From NCBI RefSeq assembly GCF_000143415.4, contig NW_003314339.1:489751-553750 (forward strand): a stretch of 64,000 nucleotides of DNA, read 5' to 3'. The notes beneath the pieces were generated by a model. It saw nothing but the letters and a program-made list of their open reading frames with translations. It was not told the DNA's origin and did not search any database. Of this stretch, positions 1 through 11,783 are shown piece by piece. Made by a program: the position numbers and the translations under genes. The first letter of the stretch is position 1; each line of letters starts with the position of its first letter. This stretch comes from Selaginella moellendorffii. Its lineage: Eukaryota > Plantae > Lycopodiophyta.

Positions 1-2517
1 AAACCTGTAGAAGGTGACGACCCAAGACTTCTTTTTGGATAAGGAAGTTAGATATACCCATATAGGGGGGATAAATTGTTTATGTTGCGATATAATAAGT
101 CAATGTCGTAAAGGGAATACTCATTGTCAAAGAGGCCATCATTAAGACACCCAAACACTCTAGGACACCAAAAGGTGGTGTTTGGTGTTGTGAGGGCAAT
201 AGATAAGGCCCAAGAGACTAAGTCCCTAGTGAATGATGGATAGAAGGTGCTATCCAAATGCCTAAGGTTGCGGAGACTGGAGAAATCCATTTACCCAAAT
301 TGGATAAAGCCAAAACTGGGATTTTGGCAAGGCTAGTCATGGGCATATAAAGGCCCATAAATAACAACATTAATCCCGGTGTGTGGGATTATAAAGTGAG
401 CATACCCGGATTGAAGAACCACTCCCTAAGCTATCGGGTAAGTTCATCTCTACGAATACTTGCTAAGGCATGGTAGAAAGTGCAAAGCTATCCTCCTAGT
501 CCAAAGGAGAATAACCAAAAAAAAGGTTTGAGGCCAAAAGCAAGTAGTAAAGGGATAGAACTAAACCATAGAAATCAAATGGGCATAACCAAGGGTGGTT
601 AGGCAAGCTGGGAGTGGAGAATCACGAGAGGGCTTGAGCATGTTATTGCTAGCAACCGTGAGGCCATAGAGAGTCTAAAGCATGGAATTATCCATGTTAA
701 ACCATATGGCAATTAAAAAGCTTGCGAAAGGGGAAACTTTAACAAGCTAAGGGACAGAGTTCCTTCAAGGTTCCTAAAGACAATTCTAGAAAGTTTAATA
801 CCTAGAAAGCCAAGGGTAAATGCTTCATAGAATGCGCAAAATAAAAGTGGCATAGCAGAAATGTGGTTTTGAAGCTTGCCATGAGGCAATGATATCAACA
901 TTGGGGACGTAGTCCTCAAGTGTTCAAAGGGATGGCTTTAAACGAAAGTCGATGGTCAAGGACTTTCACGCTTATGCATGAAACTATGTTACGTTGGTTG
1001 GATAACTTGCTAAGCGAGATTGGCAAGTCAAGGGAACAAATCCCTTTATTGAAGGTGCTAACTTCAAAAGAGGTGGCCCATAGGGCCAAGCATGGAGGAG
1101 TCTATGCATGATCACAGACTTGTCAAGTGAGAAGACTTGGCAATGCGGAGGAACTAGATTCCTAATCTGTGATCTGTAGCGCGCTTTAAGCATAAGTTGG
1201 TGCACCAGCGTGGGGAGTCACACCAGGCATCTTGAATGATGCCTTCCATAGATGCATATACGGAGGTTGGTTTCGAGTCCCGACCCTCTAATGCTTGGGT
1301 TTGAGTCCCAACTCACTAGGGCACGGTGATGGTTTGAAATATGAGGACACTCATTTTTCAGTGGTCATGGACTCTCAGTAAGGAGACTGGCTTGGGCACA
1401 CCGCAAAGCAGGGGATGCCCCGGAGTCGTGACGCACAGTTAGATTGCTTAGTGTGGCTCAGCATATTTAACTTGAACACTTTGGTGCGAGTGGCACCAAG
1501 GACATGGTGAATGAGATGGGGACACCCAGTCTCAGTTGCTATGGACCCTTAGCTAGAAGGGCTGGCTTGGGTGCACCGCCAAATGTGGGGGATGCTCTCG
1601 GGGTTATGGTGAACAACTTAAAGGTCTGGAGGACTTAATACCTATTGGCAAACTTGTTAAGGTGCCAAGGCTAGATTGCTAGGTAATCTTATGGCTAAAA
1701 CAAGGACAAAGTCCTTGTAAGATTAAGGGATAAGGTTCCTAGTTCAAAGTGTTGATTTGAACTATTGATGATGGTGTGGCTTGGTCAAGATGACCAAATG
1801 GAAAGAACACCTAAGGGAAATGATTTGTGATAATGCGATGGCATAGTGAGTCCGAGGAAAATAGTCTCTATAAGAGACCCATGGGAGGGTCACAAAGTTG
1901 GGCCAAGGATAGAGCCCACAGTAGAAAATGCTAAAGAGATGTACTAGGGGTGAATACCCTCTGGACTTGGCAAAGCAAAGTTTTTGCTATGAAACCGAAA
2001 GGAAACCTCGAGAATGGAGGTAACGATATGATGTTGCTGGGTGTAACAATCAAGGATAAGAGCAAAAGACTAGTGGCTAAAAAAAGAGCTATGGGAATCA
2101 TGGGAAAGAATCCAAAAGGCAAAGTTAGGCCAAAAACACTAATGTGTTGGGTGCTAACAAATTATGGGAAAAACAATGTGTTTCCAAGGATGGATTCCCA
2201 ATTGATCTGATGATGGTGCCCTCAAGTAGAGAACTTCATAGGATGGGGAAGTGGAGTTGCACAATATGTGCAATGCAAGGTGACGGAAACACCTAGGAAA
2301 TTGACTTCAAGAAGTCAAAAGTAAAAGTTCCAAAGTGCAAAGGTTATATCGATGGAAATTAAAACTACTCGAAAAGGAGTAGTGGGATTGAGATAGAAAC
2401 AATATCTCTAACAAGTTTAGCAAGAACTAAACTAATAAAAGGAGAAAACCACCATAAGTGGTCTAATTAGTCTCTAAGTTGGAGAGACTATCCTCTTTAG
2501 AGGATGGGTAAGGCATG
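1..2517 (+). mobile_element. Internal region of non-autonomous LTR retrotransposon family LTR-A (truncated by window start)
   Basis: Colinear and highly similar to 45560-48075 (+) and to the reverse complement of the internal regions at 24860-28845 and 32690-36548; no long ORF. Confidence 0.85.
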
Positions 2518-3309
2518 TGTGAGACACAAAATCCCTAGGCCCCAAAGTGGAGCCGAAAGGGTGCCATGTGGTGGTGGCCGAAGCGAAAACCAAACGAGCA
2601 TAACACGTTTGGACTAAAAGCTTCGACTTGAAAGGTCGAGAGTGGGAGTGGAATTTCTAACGAAGTGCGTGAGGAACAAACATGAAGTGAGAGATAAGTG
2701 AGTCTCTAGAAAAGGGACACAAGAGGATCGACAGATGGACCCGAAATGGAGTCCGAGATGGACCCGAGATGGAGTCCGAGATGGAGTCCGAGATGGAACC
2801 GAGATGGAGTCCGAGATGGACCCGAGATGGAGTCCGAGATGGAGTCCGAGATGGACCCGAGATGGAATCCGAGATGGACCCGAGATGGTATCCGAGATGG
2901 AGTCCGAGATGGACCCGAGATGGAGTCTGAAGTCGAGACCGAGACCGGGACCGAGATCGAGACCGAGACCGAGATCGGGACCGAGACCGAGACCGAGGCC
3001 GAGACCGAGCCCGAGTCCGAGTCCAAGTCCAAGTCTGAGTTTGAGTCCGAGTCCGAGTTCGAGTCTGAGAGGGTGAAAGCCCAAAGCGTTCATCTCCCAG
3101 ACCCTGGGGAGCCCGGGTAGGTTTTGAGCTCATGAGCTCACGAGCTGAGCTCATGAGCTGAGCTCACGGCTTCTCAAACACAAGAAAAACATTGGTTCGT
3201 CCCGAACCAACATCTTTCCATTCTTCAAATTTTGATTTAATCTATATTTCCAAGTAAATTCGACTAATAAAATACAAATATAAATATAGATCCGAACACT
3301 AAAAGCAAT

Positions 3310-6300
3310 CTAAAAACACTTCTCAAGCTCCGCAACTGTAAGGCTTGCCTGGTGGATGTGATGGTCGATCTTAGGATCTTGGTTTAGTTCCTGCATAAAA
3401 ATGTAATAGATGTGCTTGCAGGCTAAATATACCTTTCCCCTGTTCTCCCGCTGTGTAAAATCTGGACAGGTACAGGATGGATTTTCGCAGATTTTAACAG
3501 TGTAGCTTGTACCCTTTGATGACTCAGTCACAATAATAAACTCCTTAGCCATAGCACTGATGTAGTTTGTCTTTGTGATTGTGCACTTTAGCTCTTTTGC
3601 CAGCTTGATCTTCTCTTGTGCACCTTTTGAAATGGAAGACCTGTATTGTATAGCCTTCCCATTCCTAGCTGGTCGTGTATGCCGGTCTAGTGTTGATATT
3701 GGTGGCATAGCAGTACTAACAGCAACATTTGAGGAAGTCTTTAGCTTGAAACCTGCTCTCTCCAGACTTTCAATCTCTTCTTTCAAAAGATTGCAGCTTC
3801 GCTCAACTGGCCACTCCTCTGGCACAGAATCTGGCTTCAAAATAATTGAGCTGTGAATCCGGCTTATATGAGTAACATCAGTCCCACAACAGTAGATCCA
3901 GCTTGACTGGCGGCCCTTCACTCCTAGATCTCGACAACCCCAGAAACATGGCACTGCTGAAGAACTTGAACCTGAGCGCACAAAAGCGAGACACTGACCT
4001 CGACTCCCAATCATTCCAGAGCAACGTGCATTGCTCTTGGCACTGACTCTTTGAATTGCCCAGTTGATACGAGAAACTGGCTCGCGAGAAATAACCTTTT
4101 CAACCTCTAGCACTGGACTTACTTGTGTAACAACTGGCACCTCCTCCACTCCATGTTCCTTAGTTCTTTTCCGGTGTCGTGGAACAGAATGGTAGTCAAA
4201 CTCTGGACGGTGAGAGCTAGAAGGAGTGATGTTTGACCCATCAAATGTCTGTCGACGCTTCATACGGGTTGTTCTCATGTCCCCAAGTGGCTCATAACTT
4301 GATTTCATAGGAGTTCCAGCAACAACTTCCTCCACCATCTTGGACATTGACCCTGCTGCTGGTGTTGTCCTTCTACCAACCCGCTCTTGAAGCCTGTCTA
4401 AGTTCGGACCTGTACCAGCAAACCTTGCTTCTTGTGCAGCCAAAGCTTTTGATGATTGCTCAAGAGATCTAGTGAGGTCGGAGAGTGTAGCTTCATAGAG
4501 GGACACTTTTCCTTTCCCTGCTTCGGAAGCTCTCCAACTCCAATGTTTGCTCTCAGAGAGATTAATTGTTGGTGTAAGTGCAATATCATCAAGTGGTTGA
4601 TCCTACAAAAAATGCAACATTTGAATGTGACAAGAAAGAAAATGAGAGAAAGCTTACATGGAGAGTATAATGACCCCACTGAAACATTCGAACTTCCCAC
4701 CATGCAAGCCAGCATTCCATTTGTGGAAGGTTTTCAATTGGCACTTTGTCTCCTTCACGCCACCATATGCGCATTTCATTTGCCTTTGCCTCGTGCTCCT
4801 CTTTAGTTGGTGCATCCATCCATTTCCGACAAAGCTGCTTGAACTCGTGATGGAAGGTAGACTTGATGCATCGGCAATGTTCATTGACGCTCTTTGCCCA
4901 ATGAAACTCACAACTCTTCTCTCTACCTTGTAATGGCTGACTTTTATCAGCTCCGAATACTTGTCGTACAGCCAACCAGTTAGCACCAGCTGCATCTACC
5001 ATGAAACCACGGAAGTTGGGTTTCTTCCCGGTTCGCTGTTCAACAACCTCGGACATACATGTCCAAAAGATGGTTTGTGCTTGAAAATCTTGAACCTTGA
5101 ATTCGGCTATAGCTATAGTCAAATTGCACTGCAACCTATAAAAGGAATGGTTATAATGTAAATTGGTATAGATCCTTAAAAAATGAAAAGCCACTTACTT
5201 GTGATCATAAACATGAGCTCCCATTGTTGACCAGCCTGAAACTCGTTCCATATGGTCAAAATGGATCCAGGAATTAGCTAAATCCCCATCTCCATCCATA
5301 TCCATTCGTTGTACAAGGTCCACACCAGAAGCAGGACCAAGGGTAGACATCTTAAAGATGAAAGGGTGTTGATTGTTCGAAGTCACTTGGCCAACGAATA
5401 AGCTCCCATGAATAAACTCATAGGGACATTTTCTCTTTAGCTCCAAAATCCCATCCAATCCAGATTGAAGCTTTCCATCTCGCCCTTCTCGCATCCAGTT
5501 CTTTCAAAAAAAAGAGTGTTATTAGTGATAAAGTAGAGTTAAGTGTTAATTTTATACCTGTTTAAATTTGTCATAGGTTCTATATTTCGAAGAAGGTCCT
5601 TCAAGCTATTCTCCGTGAACTCTTTTTGGCTATCAGATTGTAACAACATGTCCACCACATAATCCTTTAGTATAGATTGTTGAACACACTTTGGAGTTGC
5701 TGCACTTTTCTTCCTAGCCTCTGTAGTAACAGCAGTCTTCAAATTGCGAAAAGAATCACGGCGGATTCCATCCTCAATTGCGTGTTGGTGGTATCCAATA
5801 TGCACTGCTGCTCTGCCTAAACATCCATCCCGTGGAAGAAAATAATACATTTTTGCATCGCAACATGCTTGACACACAGGTGTTGCCCCGCATTTGCGAC
5901 ATCTAAATCCTGTAGCAACTTCATCACGCCTAGGGGGATTGATTGCTGAGCCTTCAAAGAAACACATATTCTTGCCATGATCAGAAATGCATTTCTCAGC
6001 GACACACTGAAGCTGTCCACCGCAATGGACTATGGACACAGATCCATCGAAATGAGAGAAGTGGGTCGTCTTTACTCTGCACCAATTATGTGGATCAAGA
6101 CGTGTTTCCATACCCCTTTTCCTACTTGACGAACTTGCTGGTGGAAACTCGAAGAATATATTCCCATTATAGGAAGAAGGAAGCTCCTCACCTCTCATGT
6201 ACTGGAACTCCTTCAATTCCAACCGTAATGATCGAGATTGCCGAAATGCCTTATCCACCACTTCAAAAACTGGTCTAGAAGGAACACACCTACTTGTCTG

Positions 6301-6687
6301 GGAAGCTATGTCAGGAAGCTCATCTTCTTCATTTTCGTCACTGGAGAGAATAATAACTTCATCCTTCACTCTTTGCACAGTTGGCTGTGAAACTGATGCG
6401 CTCTCCTCTCCTCGCTTCGGAGATCCTGTAACTAAAATCTCTTGACCTGTACATCTATCAAGATCCCATTGAATCCCATTCTCTCCCACACCACTGTCGA
6501 GAAGAATGGATTTTTCTATCTGATTACCCTTATCACGACATACATTCTCCAAACTAACTGATCCTGGCTTCAGCTTGAATCTTCTGCAGAGGAAGTTCTC
6601 TCCTATAACACTCATAGAGAAAACAATTGGAGGCTCTTGATCGAACTTCAAATAGAATTCTCTCATATCTTCTCCTTGCTTGAGCAC
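3310..6687 (-). CDS. Spliced MULE-type DDE transposase with GCM-like N-terminal zinc domain and C-terminal SWIM finger
   Basis: ORF pieces 5539-6687, 5195-5494, 4589-5194 and 3310-4506 are separated by short GT-AG introns; motifs WIHFD (D1), GFMVDAAGANW (D2), CEFH (CxxH), TINLSES (E, ~4550-4570) and SWIM CTCPDF..CKH; exact start codon uncertain. Confidence 0.85.
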
Positions 6688-6858
6688 TTAGAAAAAAATT
6701 TGGGGAGAAACTGACAAGAAAGAACAAAGATATTCTTCTGTATTGTGAGCATTAATTAGCTATGTCCTTGCAAAGGACAAGTTAATTATTTTAACAAAAT
6801 ATACAACCGTTTAGAATCTAGAGAGATATGAGAATCTTAAAGAGCCGCCCATATTAAT

Positions 6859-7013
6859 TGTATAATTGATTGTGAGAGGAATAATAATGTTGAAATGAAT
6901 GTGGTTATGAGTGAGAAGCGCCAATCAATCACAACGTTTGTGATTGATTGGCGCTTCTCACTCATAACCACATTCTTTTCAACATTATTATTCCTCTCAC
7001 AATCAATTATACA
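6859..7013. repeat. 155-bp near-perfect inverted repeat (76-bp arms, 3-nt loop)
   Basis: TGTATAATTGATTGTGAGAG...AATCACAA-CGT-TTGTGATT...CTCTCACAATCAATTATACA; one mismatch seen. Confidence 0.95.
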
Positions 7014-7255
7014 TACCTTAATATCTAAAGCATTGAATGATTGTGTCGCATTGATCACCATCAAAGAGAATGAAAATCATGGCCATTGATCGTGACTGTT
7101 GATCGCGTCCGTTGATTTTTAGGGTTTTACGCCTAGGGTTTGAGCAGCAAAGGGCGAAAGAAAGGCGCACTTGAGCAGGGAAGGGCGAGAGAAAGGCGCT
7201 TCAATCAAGCAATGTGCTTCAAGACGCTCCTCAAACAAGGTATGCTTCCTTGAGA

Positions 7256-7780
7256 AGGTCGGTTCGCACGCGAACCAACGTCTCCTCACTTTCTTTCTTC
7301 TATTAGAAGTTTCTATTTTCTCAACTTTTGTTTTCTCTTGAGGGATAGAGATGTCGGTTCTTGTGCGAACCGACATCTCCTAGCATTCTATTTCATTTTC
7401 TATTTAGCTTTTTGCCCATCTCTACCTCGTTTTTTTTTTTTTTCCTTGTTGAAGGGGTGGGAAAGATCAGTTCGCGCGCGAACCGACGTCTCCCCACCTT
7501 CATTTTTTCTAGAAGCGAGCTTTCTTGATTTTTTTCATGTTTCTAGTGGTGAGATTTCTATATTTTAGAAAACAGAGAGAGATTGAAATGTCGGTTCTTG
7601 TGCGAACCGACATCTTCAAGGTTTTTTTTTTTATTTCATTGACTTGATGGGGCATTTCATGTGAAAATTAGAGGGTGGAAGATGTCAGTTCTTGCGCAAA
7701 CCGACCTCTCCCGTATTCTTGTTGTGTTTTTCCTTTTTCTTGAGAGGTAGGGTGAGGTCAATTCTCGCGCGAACCAACCT
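7256..7780. promoter_or_regulatory. Six dispersed palindromes with core GGTTC-N6-GAACC in the divergent intergenic region of the MULE
   Basis: Cores at 7261, 7356, 7469, 7593, 7687 and 7760, several extended to GATGTCGGTTC...GAACCGACATC; regulatory role is inferred. Confidence 0.7.
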
Positions 7781-7927
7781 CTCCCAGTGACTTATGTTTT
7801 TTTCCTTTGTATTTCTTGTAGTTTACAATCTATTTTTCACATCTTTTACTTACAAACTTTTCTTGTGAGAGCAGATATAAATCAAGCTTGACTGCTTGAA
7901 ACTTCCAAAAAGGGACTTGAACTTCAA

Positions 7928-10900
7928 ATGCCACAGGTTTGCTTTACATTACAAGTTAGATGTTTTAATAGTTTTGCTTTTTATTTTAGAGGAAGCGCCG
8001 AGGCCAACCTCAATGGTCTCGATCTCCAGGAAAAGGCAGCCGCCTTGATCGCTGTGGGCTTGGCCGATTGAGTGGAGATTCATCTCAAGTATCTAATGAA
8101 GTTTCGGCTAGTCATGCTGGAGGCAATGATGAGTATAACAATGACGTGGATGTTGAGATGAACACTCAAATCGATGTTGGTGTTATTGAGGCTGTTGGTA
8201 CTGGTGTTCCTGAGGCTGCGGGTACTGGTGGTGGGGCACTTGCATCTGATGTTGGTGGTGGTGGGGGTGCTATGCCTTCGGTTGTTGAGGCTGCTCGCGG
8301 CCAGGTCAATGAACCAGTTGAGGACGTTATTGGTAGCGTTGTAGGTGGATCTACTACAGAGGCTACTGGGGGCATGGTAGCTGCTCCTACTGCTCCTCAG
8401 GCTGGTGGTGCAGGGGGAGCTAATGGTGGTGAGGGATTATGCATGCATGATTCTGACACCATCTTGAATGATCGTGTTCGGGACACAATTATCCAAGCTC
8501 AAGAACGGACAGTCAGTAAAGTGTTACAGGAAATGGCGTGGAATGGCCCTCATCGATTTCTAGTTCCTTTGTGCCGATTGGTTCAAAGCCATTGGGTGCG
8601 CTCAGCTTACGACCTCAACATGGCTATCTACAGCTCCTTTGCCGAGGTCGGGTTTGGGAGCACAGCTGGTACCTTCATCGTTTCACCAACTTTCCCTGGA
8701 ACCGGCCGGACAGAGTCAGTGACTACTGAACTTGAGGAAAAATGGGATCCTATATGGCTGCGAAAGTCTCGTGAGTTTGATGGATTCTTAGGACAACATG
8801 TGGAGACAGCAGGGTTCATTGGAAAGCTCTTTTGGGTGATCGATGGAAACCATAGGTGGCTGGCATTTTGGAAGTGCATTCAAGAGAAGTTCTGAGATGA
8901 CGAAGAACGACACATTAGTGTTCCAGTCACACTTGTTGAACCAATGACTCGGGAGCACACTGTGAAGCTCAACATGGCATGCCATAAGATCAACATGTAA
9001 GAATTTATTTTTTGTAAACTTAGCTAATATCGTGTTTCTGCAGGCTAAACCAATTTGCGTTTCAAGCTCATACATTGGTACATGACATTGAGCACCTTCG
9101 GTTTATGGGCATGCTCTCGCTAGAGGAGGTCCAAACATTGTACAATCGTGAGGTATTTGAAGCAATTCGAGTGAAGCTAGCAGCTAGGAAAGGCCAAGAA
9201 TTGCAGACTTGGTACCAACTGCCACTTGATTTTCTAGTTGCTGTCTGGGCGAAGGTAAATTATTATTGAAGTATGTATCAACTTACATAATGTTTCTTGC
9301 AGCCCATAATCAAAGGAGAAAGAGCGTCATTCTTTAAAAATGCCCGAGGGGACGAGCAGCAGAAGGAGATGGAGTGGCATGCGATTGAGCAGCGAATTTT
9401 GAATACGAAGAGAACAAAGGTGAAAAAGTTGCTCTCGATTGCAGACATACGACGAGGGCAGGAATGGCTTGATAGCATTGCCGAGATTTGTTCTCGCGTT
9501 CGTAAGTTCTTATAAAATTTGTGAAACATTTCATAACTCTTTGTGTGTGTAGGAACTGGTAAAGCACCGGAGGAACTCATTTACAACATCTCTAAGAGTA
9601 AAATGTCCTTTGCTGAACAAAGTGTCTGCTTGGAACTTCTCAACACTTGGCTGCGAAATAACGAAAAACGCTGCGAGATAAGGATGGAGAAGGTGATGAA
9701 GGAGAAGGCGTACATTTCTCAGAGTATTGCCGCTGGTGAGGAGATGCTACAAGTCTGGGATGAGAAGTTTCTTTCCAGCACCCGCACAGGTATCACTCTC
9801 AAAGAATATATTCGTGCTTGTCTTGCGGAGCTAGGGAATGGTTGGCTTCCACGTGGTGGGACGAGTTCGGCTGAGTTCAAGAACCAACCAGGACAACCAT
9901 TTCTTGCGAGGCGCATGGTTTACAGGTATTTTNNNNNNNNNNNNNNNNNNNNNNNNNNNNNNNNNNNNNNNNNNNNNNNNNNNNNNNNNNNNNNNNNNNN
10001 NNNNNNNNNNNNNNNNNNNNNNNNNNNNNNNNTTTTGCAGAAGCTCCTGACTAGAGGCAAGAAGCTTGGGATGTATGAGCCAGAGTTCTACTGTCCTTGT
10101 ACACATGAGAGGGAGCTATGCCCGTGGTACCTTGAACTCGTGGAGCAGATGCCAACATCGGACTTCGAGCTAGATCTCTACCTTGAATGTCATCCAGGTT
10201 CACTTGAAACTCAGCACTTAGCTAGGAAATATTAACCTTGAGTTATATTTTTATTTTCCAGAGGCTCTTTCTGACTGTGATAACGACATTATTGAAGTTC
10301 AACAACTAAACCTAGAAGTCAGCACTCAAGAAACCATTCAGGAGATGGCAAATCCAAATACCGTTGAACCAGAGGAAATTGTACAGGAAATTCCAGCACA
10401 AGAGATTCCAGTACCTGCTCCTCGCAACCCCCGAAAGGGCCGTCATGAAACCTTTCATGAGAGTAAGGACTTTGATTTGGAACATTCTTTTATTCATTCT
10501 TGACTTCACTTTTTTTTTTATAGATGTTGCAGAGAGCAGCCATCAGTCTTTTCGGCGGACTAAGACATTCTTCCCATCCCTCCCTACGGCTACAGATGAC
10601 GACCTAGAAGAGCTCTCCGATGCATAAACAGGTTAGTAAGCATGAATTTTATCTTCAACTTTTAGTTCTAATAATTGATTTTCAGGTTCGCCCTCTATCC
10701 CCAATGGCCAGTGTTGGGGAAGTTGCTATTCTCATTGGGGATTACACACAGCTTTTAGATGCTACTAGTCGGGAGCTCTACATGCTTGATCGGTGGATCC
10801 ATGGTTTGGGTCAGCTCACACCTTATGGGAAGATCGATTTCATCTTTTTTGATCTTCCCGATGGGATGGCACCACCGCAGGGGGATACTCCGTCATGGAA

Positions 10901-11783
10901 TGTGTTGCAGGCCCAACACATTTCCCAAGCCTTAAAGGTTGCGAGTAGCTTCATGACATACGAGGGTGTGGTTGTCATGATCCTTCCTCGCTCTCTAATG
11001 TGGGAAGGCCTTCTCGCACACTTGGTTGACAACGATGATGGATTTGTTGAGTTTTCATCTGGCTGCCTTCTTTCGAGTATGGCGGTGGACACAAAAGGCA
11101 CTAGCAGGCAGACGCGAAAGGTGTGTGACTTCTTTATTTATAAATTAACTCTATTCTATTTTTTTTTCTAGATTTATTCCTGGAACTACCATGCTCTATG
11201 CCACATTGGGAACCGGCGTAATGCCACACGAGCTGACGAGCGTGCTGCTCTTGCTTTACCAGGATATGACAGCTCTACAGACATCATCCCAAATGTGATT
11301 GACTCGGACGTTCTTCACCCAGCGTTCCCTGGTTATCGACATCATTCGGTCACGGCCATGCAAATCTTGTTGGAGTTATTTTGTCCGCCAAAGGGGATTG
11401 TGCTTGATGCTACAGCAGGATTTGGATCAATGGTGCAGGCAGCAAAAGAGACAGGCCGAGCAGTTTTTGCACTTGAGAAGGAGGGTGCCTTTGAGGACAT
11501 TCTTAGGAGATTTTGCGACAGGTGATGTTAGTGCTTGAAATAATCTATAATATTTATTCTCAAATGTTTCTATTTTATTAGGTCTAAACTTATCACACAC
11601 AGTGTTTCAGTCCACACGCTTGATCATGATGATATGGATGATCATATGGACCAAAGTCAATTCCACTTACCTATTTATGCTGAACGTATGGCACAACATT
11701 ACATACAACACGAGCCTATAGTGAAGGAGCATTCCACTATACCCATTTCTACTTTTCTGGATATGGAAGCAAAAGAAGATTGA
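7928..11783 (+). CDS. Spliced MULE accessory gene: ParB/Srx-like domain plus beta-class N4C/N6A DNA-methyltransferase-like domain (one premature TGA in this copy)
   Basis: ATG at 7928; frame-consistent introns at 7937-7989, 8997-9043, 11121-11171 and 11522-11581, others approximate; motifs FWVIDGNHRW, ILIGDY..IDFIFFDLPDG, ILLELFCPPKGIVLDATAGFGSMVQAAKETGRAVFALE; ends FLDMEAKED*; in-frame TGA at 8893-8895. Confidence 0.75.
9933..10032. other. Assembly gap (100 N), apparently inside an intron of the accessory gene; other gaps at 15065-15216 and 31792-31891
   Basis: N runs; this one is flanked by CAG|GTATTTT and TTTTGCAG. Confidence 0.95.

Noticed and set aside
2614-3154. Many overlapping RS-, SD-, LG- and ESEM-rich ORFs here and at ~19550-20500, 22500-24700, 29500-32800, 37300-38450, 42600-43550 and 58450-59600
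   Set aside because: These are stop-free readings of the LTR tandem arrays in all six frames, with frame changing from copy to copy. They are not SR proteins or adhesins.
7256-7780. CRISPR-like repeat-spacer array
   Set aside because: Repeats are degenerate, spacers are 50-100 bp, irregular and T-rich, there are no cas genes and the context is eukaryotic. Treated as binding-site palindromes instead.
7928-11783. Bacterial contamination or prophage as source of the ParB-MTase-like gene
   Set aside because: The gene has multiple frame-consistent spliceosomal introns and lies inside a TSD-bounded MULE nested in a plant LTR.
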